NCBI GenBank assembly: GCA_034664845.1
Contig: JAXDGW010000027.1
Coordinates: 1,687-65,686 of the forward strand
From: Thermoanaerobaculia bacterium
GTDB lineage: Bacteria; Acidobacteriota; Thermoanaerobaculia; Gp7-AA8
Direction of reading: 5' to 3'
Length of the DNA stretch: 64,000 nucleotides
In this document: piece after piece, positions 1 through 7,979 of the stretch
Layout: every line of letters starts with the position of its first letter
How positions within the stretch are numbered: position 1 is the stretch's first letter
The notes under the pieces: model-generated
What the model was told of the DNA's origin: nothing
Database searches by the model: none
The model's input: the letters and a program-made list of their open reading frames with translations, nothing else
Translations under genes and position numbers: made by a program

Positions 1-1380
1 TCACGCCATTTCAAAGTACCGGCGCCGCTCCCAATCGGTTACGACGGCGTCGAATTTTCGTTGTTCGGTGCGGAAGAAGTGGAGGTAGTGATCGACGACG
101 TTCTCGCCGAAGACTTCGCGCGCGAACGCACTCTCGGACAGCGCGGCGATCGACTCGTTCAGTGAATGCGGCATATGCGGCAGGTCGGATGCGGCCTTGT
201 ACACGTCGCCCTCGAACGCCGGCGGCGGCTCGATGTGATTGGCGACGCCGTCCAGTCCCGCGGCGATTGCGGCGGCGAAGGCGAGGTAGACATTCGCATC
301 CGCGCCGGGCGCGCGGCATTCGATGCGCAGCGACGGGCCATTGCCGACGATGCGAAAGCCGGCGGTGCGATTGTCGAAGCTCCAGGCGATGCCGGTCGGC
401 GCGAACGATCCTTCGACGTAGCGTTTGTACGACGCCGGATACGGCGCGAAGAAGGCGAACAACTCGCGGATGTGCTTCATCCATCCGCCGAGGAACCAGC
501 GGAACGTTGACGAGCACTTGATTGGGCCTAACTGGTCGTCGCCGGCGAACTGCGGCTTCTTCCCCTTCTCGTCCCACAACGACATGTGGATGTGGCACGA
601 CGAGCCCGCGTACCGCTCATCCCACTTGGCCATGAACGTGATGGCGTGCCCCTGCTGCCAGGCGATCTCCTTCGCCGCATGTTTGTAAATCGAGTGGCGA
701 TCGGCCATCTCCAGCGCCTCGGCATACCGCAGTCCGATCTCCTGCTGTCCCGGCCCCCACTCTCCTTTCGAAGACTCGACCGGCACGCCGGAGCGTTCGA
801 GATGCGACCGGATCGCGCCGATGAGGTGCTCTTCCTTTGTGCCTTGCAGGATGTGGTAATCCTCGATCACGCGGCCGATGGGTGTGGCGTTGATGAAGCC
901 TTTCTCGGCGACGGTTTCGTAGGAATCTTTGAAGACATAGAGCTCCAGCTCCGACGCCGCCATCGTCGAGAAGCCCATGTCCGCCGCTCGTTTGAGCTGA
1001 TGCCTGAGCATGCTGCGCGGTGCGACCGGAACTAGCTCGTGCGCCTTTTCCTGGTAGACGTCGCAGAGAACGAGCGCGGTCTTCGGCAGCCACGACGCGA
1101 GACGCAGCGTGTTGAAGTCGGGGATGGGACGGAAGTCACCGTAACCCTTCGCCCACGACGTGAACGCGTAGCCGGGCACCGGATCCATCTCCATGTCGCA
1201 AGCGAGGAGGTAGTCGCACGCGTGCATGCCATGCGGGAGGACTTCGTCGATGAAGAAACGTCCCGTGATGCGCTTGCCGACGAGTCGTCCGTACATGTCC
1301 GGAAACGCCGCGATGACGGTGTCGATCTCGTCGTCGGCGACGAGGCGTTTGAGAGTGTCGGTGTCGATTCTTCCTTGCAT
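1..1380 (-). CDS. glutamine synthetase family protein (GlnA3 / gamma-glutamyl-polyamine synthetase PuuA-like), 459 aa
   Basis: Complete minus-strand ORF. GS catalytic-domain-like motifs seen in translation (ELELYVFKDSY, HIHMSLWDEKGK). Length is typical of GS type I-like paralogs. Confidence 0.75.
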   Translation of the reverse strand: MQGRIDTDTLKRLVADDEIDTVIAAFPDMYGRLVGKRITGRFFIDEVLPHGMHACDYLLACDMEMDPVPGYAFTSWAKGYGDFRPIPDFNTLRLASWLPKTALVLCDVYQEKAHELVPVAPRSMLRHQLKRAADMGFSTMAASELELYVFKDSYETVAEKGFINATPIGRVIEDYHILQGTKEEHLIGAIRSHLERSGVPVESSKGEWGPGQQEIGLRYAEALEMADRHSIYKHAAKEIAWQQGHAITFMAKWDERYAGSSCHIHMSLWDEKGKKPQFAGDDQLGPIKCSSTFRWFLGGWMKHIRELFAFFAPYPASYKRYVEGSFAPTGIAWSFDNRTAGFRIVGNGPSLRIECRAPGADANVYLAFAAAIAAGLDGVANHIEPPPAFEGDVYKAASDLPHMPHSLNESIAALSESAFAREVFGENVVDHYLHFFRTEQRKFDAVVTDWERRRYFEMA

Positions 1381-1384
1381 TTTC

Positions 1385-1515
1385 TTTAGCTCTTAGTTCT
1401 TAGCTCTTAGCTCTTAGCTCTTAGCTCTTAGCTCTTAGGGGCTGTCGGCTGTCGGGGTATCGATGTCGGTTGTACGAAATAGTCATCCTAAGAGCTAAGA
1501 GCTAAGAGCTACGAC
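1385..1515. repeat. heptamer tandem repeats forming an inverted-repeat hairpin: (agctctt)x7 at 1388-1438, its complement (aagagct)x3-4 at 1489-1510
   Basis: Read directly in sequence. Lies in the intergenic gap between the GS start and the ALDH stop. Confidence 0.85.
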
Positions 1516-2928
1516 CTACGAGCCAATATCCACATAAACCGTCTTCCACTCCGTGTATGCATCGAGCGCGGCCAGTCCCAGCTCGCGGCCGATGCCGCTT
1601 TGTTTGACGCCGCCGAATGGAGCTTCGAGATGAACGCTGCTGCCTGAGTTGATGGAGATGTTGCCGGTCTCGAAGGCGCGGGCGACGCGCAGAGCGCGCG
1701 AGCCGTCGCGCGTCCAGATCGAGCCGGACAGACCGTAGATCGAATCGTTCGCCATGCGCACGGCATCATCGTCGGAATCGAACGGCATCACCGCCACGAC
1801 CGGACCGAAAATCTCCTCGCGCGCGATCTTCATCTCCGGTTTCACATCGACGAAGAGGGTCGGATCGAGGTACGTTCCGGCGCCTTCGCCGACCTTGCCG
1901 CCAGTGGCCAGTGTCGCGCCCTCCGAGCGGCCGGCGTCGATGTACGACATCACGCGCTCGCGGTGCGATCGCGTGACGAGCGGTCCCATTTCCGTCGCGT
2001 CGTCGAGCGGATCGCCGACCTTCACCTTCTCGAACGCATCGGTGAGCGCCTGCACGAAGCGATCGTGGATCGAGCGCTGCACGAGGATGCGGCTTCGCGC
2101 GCAGCAGTCCTGGCCGGCGTTGCCGAGCGATGATGAGACTGCGGAGGCGATGGCGCGATCGAAATCGCAATCGTCGAAGATGAGATTGGCCGACTTGCCG
2201 CCAAGCTCCAGGCTGACTCGTTTGATGTCGCGCGATCCGAGCTCCATCACGCGACGCCCGATCTCGGTCGAGCCGGTGAAAGCGAGTTTGCGGACGAGCG
2301 GATGCGTGATGATCGCCTCGCCAACGACCGAGCCGGGACCTGTCAGCACGGTGAAGACGCCCTCAGGCATCCCCGCTTCGAGCGCCAGCTCGGCGAGACG
2401 CAGCGCGGTCATCGGCGTCTGCTCGGCCGGTTTGAGAACGACGGTGTTGCCCATCGCCAGCGCGGGCGACGATTTCCAGGCGGTGATGGCGATTGGGAAG
2501 TTCCAGGGAACGATGATGCCGCAGACGCCGACCGGCTCGCGGAACGTCATGAGCACGCCGGGCGCAGCGCCCGGGATGGTCTGCCCGCCGATTTTGTTCG
2601 TCGTTCCGGCGTAGTACTCGAAGCAGTCCGCCGCGAGGGCCACTTCGTCGCGCGAATCGCGGATCGGTTTGCCGACGTTGCGCGATTCCAGCTTCGCCAG
2701 CTCCTCGGCGTTGTCGCGAATGAGTTGCGAGAGCCGCATCAGGATCCGGCCGCGGTCGCGCGTGTTGACGGCGCGCCATTTCGGAAACGCTGCGGCGGCG
2801 CGGCGAATCGCGGCATCCGCATCCTCGACGGTTGCCTTCGGAACGGACGCCAGCCGTTCGCCGGTTGCGGGCTCGATCAGGTCGAATGCGGACACGCGGA
2901 GGCCATTGTGCAAGAAGCGGGCGCGCAA
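1516..2928 (-). CDS. NAD(P)-dependent aldehyde dehydrogenase family, 470 aa
   Basis: ALDH hallmark motifs in translation: LELGGKSANLIF (Glu active-site region) and FTGSTEIGRRV (Cys region is FDDCDFD...GQDCCA). Confidence 0.9.
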   Translation of the reverse strand: MRARFLHNGLRVSAFDLIEPATGERLASVPKATVEDADAAIRRAAAAFPKWRAVNTRDRGRILMRLSQLIRDNAEELAKLESRNVGKPIRDSRDEVALAADCFEYYAGTTNKIGGQTIPGAAPGVLMTFREPVGVCGIIVPWNFPIAITAWKSSPALAMGNTVVLKPAEQTPMTALRLAELALEAGMPEGVFTVLTGPGSVVGEAIITHPLVRKLAFTGSTEIGRRVMELGSRDIKRVSLELGGKSANLIFDDCDFDRAIASAVSSSLGNAGQDCCARSRILVQRSIHDRFVQALTDAFEKVKVGDPLDDATEMGPLVTRSHRERVMSYIDAGRSEGATLATGGKVGEGAGTYLDPTLFVDVKPEMKIAREEIFGPVVAVMPFDSDDDAVRMANDSIYGLSGSIWTRDGSRALRVARAFETGNISINSGSSVHLEAPFGGVKQSGIGRELGLAALDAYTEWKTVYVDIGS

Positions 2929-2945
2929 CGCGCTGTCAAAAAAAC

Positions 2946-3110
2946 GCTGTCATCCTGAGGCGCCGTAGGACACGAAGTGCCGAAGGACGATCGAAGGACC
3001 CCCCCCGCTTGTGCAGGGTCGGGCGGCGGTAAGAAACCCTCGCACAAGATCAGGGGGTCCTTCGACGTCCTCCGGCACTTCGTGTCCTTCGGCGGTCTCA
3101 GGATGACAGC
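2946..3110. repeat. palindromic MITE-like intergenic element, diverged copy (GCTGTCATCCTGAG ... CTCAGGATGACAGC termini, nested inverted repeats)
   Basis: Terminal inverted repeats and internal palindromes read in sequence. Related to the copies at 10242-10421 and 17675-17822. Confidence 0.7.
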
Positions 3111-3130
3111 GCTCCCACGAACGTATCCGC

Positions 3131-3994
3131 TCAATCCAGCGCCGGCAGATCGCTTACCGGCTGCGGTGCGAGCAGCGTGTGCCAGGCGATTGCGGCGAGG
3201 ACGACGATCGCGCCGGCGATTGCGAATCCCGACGGTTTTTCGCCGAGGAAGAGGAAAACCCAGATCGGATTCGAGACTGGTTCCAGCATTCCTGTCAGCG
3301 ATGCCTGCGTGGCAGTAACGAACGCCAGGCCGCGGACGAAGAGCACGTAGGCGATGGCGATCTGGAAGATGCCGAGGAATGCGAGCACGAAGAAGGAACG
3401 CGGGGTGAGGGCGAGATCGTGCGAGACGAACGGCAGGACTGCCATCGCGCAGACGACGTTCCCCCACGTCACCGCTGCCTGGGCGGCTCGCTGCTCGCGG
3501 CGCAACACCAGGATCAGCGACGCGAAAAAAACGGACGACACGAGAGCCATGGCGTTGCCGGCCATGCCGCGCGCTTCGAAACGGCCGACGAAGAAAAGCG
3601 CCATCCCGCAAAACGCGACGGCGATGGCGATGACATCGCGGCTACGCATCGGCTCGCGGACGACCAGCGGCGAAAAGAGCAGGACCCAGACGACGCCGGC
3701 GTACTGCAGAAAAATCGCGTTCGCCGCCGTCGTCCATTTCGTGGCGATGACGAAGGAGGTGAGGCACGCGCCGTAGCTGATGATGGCGATGACGAACGCG
3801 GTGGTCGACTTCCATTGCCGCCGTCCCCAGACGCCGCGCCCGAGGAAAAGCATCAGCGCGACGGCGGCGAAGATCGACCGGTAGAAGGTGACTTTGAGGG
3901 CGGAGTCGGCGATCGCTTTGATGCCGATGCCGCCGGTCGACCAGAGCAGCGCCGCGGCGATGATCAGCAGAATGCCCTTGCGGCGCGGTTCCAT
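3131..3994 (-). CDS. EamA/DMT-family permease, 287 aa
   Basis: About 10 predicted TM segments; duplicated EamA-like halves. Confidence 0.7.
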   Translation of the reverse strand: MEPRRKGILLIIAAALLWSTGGIGIKAIADSALKVTFYRSIFAAVALMLFLGRGVWGRRQWKSTTAFVIAIISYGACLTSFVIATKWTTAANAIFLQYAGVVWVLLFSPLVVREPMRSRDVIAIAVAFCGMALFFVGRFEARGMAGNAMALVSSVFFASLILVLRREQRAAQAAVTWGNVVCAMAVLPFVSHDLALTPRSFFVLAFLGIFQIAIAYVLFVRGLAFVTATQASLTGMLEPVSNPIWVFLFLGEKPSGFAIAGAIVVLAAIAWHTLLAPQPVSDLPALD

Positions 3995-4018
3995 GAAGGG
4001 CGGGATTCTAAGGCAGGG

Positions 4019-4136
4019 GGAGATAAGAGATCAGAGACAAGAGACTCAGAGACAAGGGATCAGAGACAAGAGATCAGAGACAAGAGATCAGTTAGATCTC
4101 GGCAACGTCCTGATCTCTGATTTCTGATCTCTGTCT
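4019..4136. repeat. simple-sequence hairpin element: (agagatcagagacaag)x~4 on the left arm, complementary gatctctgat units on the right arm
   Basis: Read in sequence; intergenic between co-directional genes. Confidence 0.8.
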
Positions 4137-4147
4137 AACGGCTCTCC

Positions 4148-4408
4148 TCATCGCCCGCGCCGTTTCTGCCGGGCGGTGATCGCCCATCCCACCAATCCGC
4201 TCAGCAGCATCACGCCGTTGGTTACGGAGAAGACCCAGTTGTGGAGGAGGAGGCTGTAAATCGTGAAGCCGGTGGAGGCGGCAAGCTGACCGATGAACAG
4301 CCACCTGGACACGCCCTCGCTCGTCCCCGACTTCCACTGCTTGTGAATCTGTGCGGCGATCATCAGGACCAGGATGACCGAGCTCGCCCATCCGATCGCG
4401 TCGATCAC
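4148..4408 (-). CDS. SemiSWEET / PQ-loop-like small membrane protein (3 TM), 86 aa
   Basis: Architecture and motif spacing resemble bacterial SemiSWEETs. TM1 is followed by AAQIHKQWKSG (PQ-loop position with P replaced by A); a conserved Asn sits in TM3 (VTNGVMLL). Confidence 0.45.
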   Translation of the reverse strand: MIDAIGWASSVILVLMIAAQIHKQWKSGTSEGVSRWLFIGQLAASTGFTIYSLLLHNWVFSVTNGVMLLSGLVGWAITARQKRRGR

Positions 4409-4415
4409 GTCGCGC

Positions 4416-4871
4416 TCAATTGAAGAACGCGCCGCTGTCGTCGAATTGCGTACGGAAGTCGCTCTCGGCCGGCGGGCAGTTCAGAGGCTCTTCGGGCGGC
4501 GGGACGACGAGTGCACATTCGCGGACGGCATGGGCCAGCGTGTCGATCTCGAGAGGTTTGTTCACGATCGCGCTGACGTGCGTGGAATCGAGGGCAATCT
4601 CCCGATTGGGATCGCGCACGGCCAGGATGAACGACGTTCCCTCGGGCCGTTCTTCGCGGAAACTTTTCAGGAACGTGAAGCTCTCATCGTCGGGCAGGTT
4701 CATGTCGATGAGGATCAGCGCGTAATCGCAGACGCGTGTTTTCTCTAGCGCGTCTTCGGCACCGACGGCCGTGTCGACGCCGAGGGGCTGATGCCGGAGG
4801 ACGGTAAAGAGCATGACTCGCAATGCGTCGTTGTCTTCGATGATGAGAACTCTCGCCTCAGTGGCTGACAT
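4416..4871 (-). CDS. single-domain response regulator (REC), 151 aa
   Basis: REC motifs: VLIIEDND..., phospho-acceptor region LILIDMNLPD, conserved K region. Confidence 0.8.
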   Translation of the reverse strand: MSATEARVLIIEDNDALRVMLFTVLRHQPLGVDTAVGAEDALEKTRVCDYALILIDMNLPDDESFTFLKSFREERPEGTSFILAVRDPNREIALDSTHVSAIVNKPLEIDTLAHAVRECALVVPPPEEPLNCPPAESDFRTQFDDSGAFFN

Positions 4872-4921
4872 TGGCTGGCCCCCTTTTTAATTGTCCGTCG
4901 ATTCTCCAAAAGATGTGCCAG

Positions 4922-5392
4922 CTAGTTCGGTTTGGCGCGCGGGGCGGAACTCTGGGCCGGAGGGCAATCCAGGATTTGCGGCCGCTCAGTAAGCACGGTG
5001 ACGCATGCCGTGACCATATCCATCAGGATCTCGACGTCGAACGGTTTGCGGATGGAGCCTGCAACGATTTCGGGATCGAGGTCGCGAGTGGGAGCGCCGG
5101 CGGTAAGCACGAAGACGACCGGTCTCGAAGCGGCGTCCATCGCTTTCAACTCCTCGAGGACGTCGTATCCGCTCTTCATCGGCATCATCAGATCGAGGAG
5201 CATCGCGGAGTAGATACAGGAGCGCAATCGCGCCAGCGCCTCGATGCCGTTGCGCGCGGAGTCGACGAGGAACCCGCGCCGGTGGAGGATGGTGCACAGC
5301 AATCCGCGAATCGAGTCATCGTCGTCAACGATCAGGATTCGCTTCTCATTCGTAGGCATGGGGCTCCAGTGTTTCCGGGTTCGAAAGAGCAA
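4922..5392 (-). CDS. single-domain response regulator (REC), paralog of the previous gene, 156 aa
   Basis: ILIVDDDDSIR..., MLLDLMMPMKSG. Confidence 0.8.
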   Translation of the reverse strand: MLFRTRKHWSPMPTNEKRILIVDDDDSIRGLLCTILHRRGFLVDSARNGIEALARLRSCIYSAMLLDLMMPMKSGYDVLEELKAMDAASRPVVFVLTAGAPTRDLDPEIVAGSIRKPFDVEILMDMVTACVTVLTERPQILDCPPAQSSAPRAKPN

Positions 5393-5467
5393 GTTTGCTG
5401 CCTGCGACTAAAAACAAAATGCGCCAGGCAAAACGCCTGGCGCAGTGCTTCATCCGCGTTCGCACAA

Positions 5468-6061
5468 TCACGCACGAACACCGAGCTCGTCGCTCCTCCC
5501 GGCATGCTTGACGTTCGCAGGCTTCGTCCCAGCGATCGCGTTGAGCATCTCCTTGTTGAACGCCGGAAGGTCGTCAGGCTTGCGGCTGCTGACGAGATTC
5601 CGGTCGCGGACACACTCGGTGTCCTGCCATTCGGCGCCGGCATTGCGCATGTCGTCCTGCAATGTCGGCCAGCTGGTGATGCGGCGTCCCTTGACGACGC
5701 CTGCCGAGATCAGCAGCCACCCGCCGTGGCAGATGACGGCGATCGGTTTCCCGGCCCGATCCATTTCCTGCACGAATTGTTGTGCGCGCTTGTCGATCCG
5801 CAGGGCGTCACTGTTGATGACTCCGCCAGGAAGGACGACGGCATCAAAGTCGGATGCCCTGGCTCGGTCGAGCGTCAGGTCTATCTTGAATCGGCCGGCT
5901 TTGTCGTGATGCTTCCACCCCTGAACCTCGCCGTCTTTGGGCGACAACAGCAGAGTTTTCGCGCCAGCGCGATCGAGTGCTTCGCACGGGCTGGTCAGCT
6001 CGATCTGCTCGAAGCCGTCTGTAACGATGATTGCGACACGTTTGCCGTTAAGGTCGGTCAT
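5468..6061 (-). CDS. DJ-1/PfpI family protein (class I glutamine amidotransferase-like), ~198 aa
   Basis: KRVAIIVTDGFEQIEL ... KPIAVICHGGWLL (nucleophile-elbow Cys). Start chosen at MTDLNGKRVAII. Confidence 0.85.
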   Translation of the reverse strand: MTDLNGKRVAIIVTDGFEQIELTSPCEALDRAGAKTLLLSPKDGEVQGWKHHDKAGRFKIDLTLDRARASDFDAVVLPGGVINSDALRIDKRAQQFVQEMDRAGKPIAVICHGGWLLISAGVVKGRRITSWPTLQDDMRNAGAEWQDTECVRDRNLVSSRKPDDLPAFNKEMLNAIAGTKPANVKHAGRSDELGVRA

Positions 6062-6164
6062 GGTTGATTGCCTCCAGTAGTTATTTGACATGCAAAACGG
6101 AGACACTCAACAGTGGAGAGCGACGGCACGGGAGCTCGTCCGCAACCGAGGGGCCGGTGCATTG

Positions 6165-6500
6165 CGTTGTAGCGGCCGCCTTCGCGGCCGCAAATATCGG
6201 GCGCGCATTTCGTCCCCCGGGCCGAGCCCGGGGCTGAGTTTGGGCAGCGCGCCTTCGCGCGCACGCGTTGCGGTTTGCCCTTGAAGATCGCGGATGACCG
6301 CCGACGCGTCAATGCCACGGCAACCGTTGCGTGTTCTAGCGGCCGCCTTCGCGGCCGCAAATCTCGGGCGCATTTCGTCCCCCGGGCCGAGCCCGGGGCT
6401 GAGTTTGGGCAGCGCGCCTTCGCGCGCACGTGAGGCGCGAACCGCGACACTTCGTGAATGCTTCGCCCGACCGAATCGTGAATGCTTCGCCCGACCGAAA
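6165..6500. repeat. tandem duplicated structured element: a ~95-bp unit present twice (6170-6268 and 6339-6432), followed by a 22-bp direct repeat x2 (6455-6498)
   Basis: Near-identical copies read directly. Each contains the palindromes gcggccgccttcgcggccgc and cccgggccgagcccggg. No credible ORF. Confidence 0.8.
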
Positions 6501-6512
6501 CAGGCATGGCGC

Positions 6513-6610
6513 TGGCGGAGGCGCGTCGGAATCGAACCGACCCTTCGACGCTTCCGCGCCGAAACAACGGTTTTGAAGACCGCGGGAGCCACCAGACCCC
6601 ATTCGCCTCC
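6513..6610 (-). tRNA. selC: tRNA-Sec (anticodon UCA), 98 nt
   Basis: Reverse complement is GGAGGCGAAUGGGGUCUGGUGGCUCCCGCGGUCUUCAAAACCGUUGUUUCGGCGCGGAAGCGUCGAAGGGUCGGUUCGAUUCCGACGCGCCUCCGCCA. It has an encoded 3' CCA and a 7-8 bp acceptor stem. The D-stem is 6 bp with a 4-nt loop. The anticodon loop CUUCAAA gives U33 plus anticodon UCA. The variable arm is long (about 22 nt) and the T-arm is GTCGG/TTCGATT/CCGAC. Confidence 0.8.
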
Positions 6611-6641
6611 ACAATGGAAGGAACGGGACGATAACACGCTG

Positions 6642-7118
6642 TCACGCCGTCATGCGGCGCCAAAAAAACCGACGGATCAGCGCGTCGAGCGAGAACAAAC
6701 CCGGGCCGAAGGCGAGGATCAGCAGGGAGACGAGCAGATAAAGGAACGGCGCGGCGCTCGTGAACGCTTCCTGATCCTTGAAGAACCCCACCAGCGCTTC
6801 GTGATCGGCGGTCAGGTAGGCGACGAAGAAGTTGATCGTCAGCGGAATCGCGATCAGGCGCGCGGCCAGGCCGAGGAGGAGGAGAAGGCCCCCGACGCAC
6901 TCGAGCGTAGCGACGAAGTGGGCGTTCGCAGCCGGCATCGGGATGTGCAGATGCGTGAGGAAGTCGGTGAACCGGTCGATGTTCTCCAGCTTCCCTTTCC
7001 CGGTCTGAAAAAGCTGCCAGCCGAACATCACGCGGAGGATCAGCAGGAGTGGATCGCGCAGCTTGTCGAATCCGCGCGACATGACCGCGTCGTACCACCG
7101 GACCAGCTTGTCGATCAT
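6642..7118 (-). CDS. DoxX-family membrane protein (BufD-like position in the RiPP operon), 158 aa
   Basis: DoxX-like 4-TM topology; co-oriented with the operon, 9 bp downstream of the DUF2063 gene. Confidence 0.8.
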   Translation of the reverse strand: MIDKLVRWYDAVMSRGFDKLRDPLLLILRVMFGWQLFQTGKGKLENIDRFTDFLTHLHIPMPAANAHFVATLECVGGLLLLLGLAARLIAIPLTINFFVAYLTADHEALVGFFKDQEAFTSAAPFLYLLVSLLILAFGPGLFSLDALIRRFFWRRMTA

Positions 7119-7127
7119 CGCGTTCTC

Positions 7128-7979
7128 CTATTCGGTGATGGCGATTGCGGCGAAGAGCCCCTCGGCGCTCCAGTCGCGGAACCAGGTGAAAAGCTCCTGC
7201 TGCTCCGGCAGCCTTCGGAAGCGGCGCCGGAACGTCATGATGGCACTTCCGATGGTCTCTCCGGAAACGAGGCTGCCGAGAAACGTGAACGCTTCCTGCG
7301 AAAGCGGCGTGCGGTAGACCGAGTAGTCGCGGCGATGAACGGCCAGCCAGCTCTTTCCCCGGCGCGGCCTGATCTGGCCTCCCTCGCGGAACGATTGAAA
7401 CGCTTCGTTCGCATCGTATCGAAACGCCAGCAGGCGCAGCGCCGGGATGGGCGTGAAGCGAATCGCTTCGATCGACTCGGGCGGTACGGTCCCGATCGCA
7501 TCCGCGGGAAGCGGCTCCGCCTCGGCCTCATCGAAGACCTGCGTCATCGCCAGCTCCAGGCGCGCCAGGTCGTACAGAAACGTGCGCTGCTTGATCGTTG
7601 AATCCGCGACGTACCCGGGCAGCTTGTCGCCGAGCCGGTTGAAGGTGTAACTGCGGGACGGAAAGCGCTGCACGTAGCCTTCGACGAGATGCCCGAAGGC
7701 GTGCTCGCCGAGGAAATGTGCGACGGCCGCGTAATCGGCCTCCATCGCTTCCACCATCCGCAGCATGTACATCCCGTGATAGATGCCGAGGCGCTGGATC
7801 GGCTGCAAAGTCTTCGATGGGAGAACGATCGCGTCGACGTCGGAGGCCGCCGCTTCCGCTGCCTCGTACACGTCCCCCGGATGCGTCACCACCGCCTGCA
7901 TCCACTCCTGCAGAGGGGCGAGCGCGAGCTCAGACGGAGGCATACGCAACCTCGTCTGCCACTGCCGGGAGCACTCCAC
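7128..7979 (-). CDS. DUF2063-family protein (MbnC/BufC-like partner of the DUF692 enzyme), 283 aa
   Basis: General DUF2063 pattern (RLGIYHGMY..RMVEA...FLGE..F..LVEGYVQRFP...FLYDLARLELA). Overlaps or immediately follows the DUF692 gene. Confidence 0.7.
   Translation of the reverse strand: MECSRQWQTRLRMPPSELALAPLQEWMQAVVTHPGDVYEAAEAAASDVDAIVLPSKTLQPIQRLGIYHGMYMLRMVEAMEADYAAVAHFLGEHAFGHLVEGYVQRFPSRSYTFNRLGDKLPGYVADSTIKQRTFLYDLARLELAMTQVFDEAEAEPLPADAIGTVPPESIEAIRFTPIPALRLLAFRYDANEAFQSFREGGQIRPRRGKSWLAVHRRDYSVYRTPLSQEAFTFLGSLVSGETIGSAIMTFRRRFRRLPEQQELFTWFRDWSAEGLFAAIAITE

Noticed and set aside
11-598. 195-aa minus-strand ORF and several other long Arg/Ala/Pro-rich ORFs (e.g. 6058-7098, 6294-7601, 10207-11721, 18379-19863, 18884-20350, 23014-24486, 38035-40128, 49934-51243, 57261-59159)
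   Set aside because: All lie antisense to, or out of frame with, well-supported genes. Their low-complexity Arg/Pro/Ala composition is typical of spurious ORFs in about 68% GC DNA. None has a recognisable domain.
1385-1515. Possible CRISPR array (short direct repeats)
   Set aside because: The units are 7 bp with no unique spacers and no cas genes. It is a microsatellite or hairpin, not CRISPR. The same holds for the other simple-sequence hairpins.
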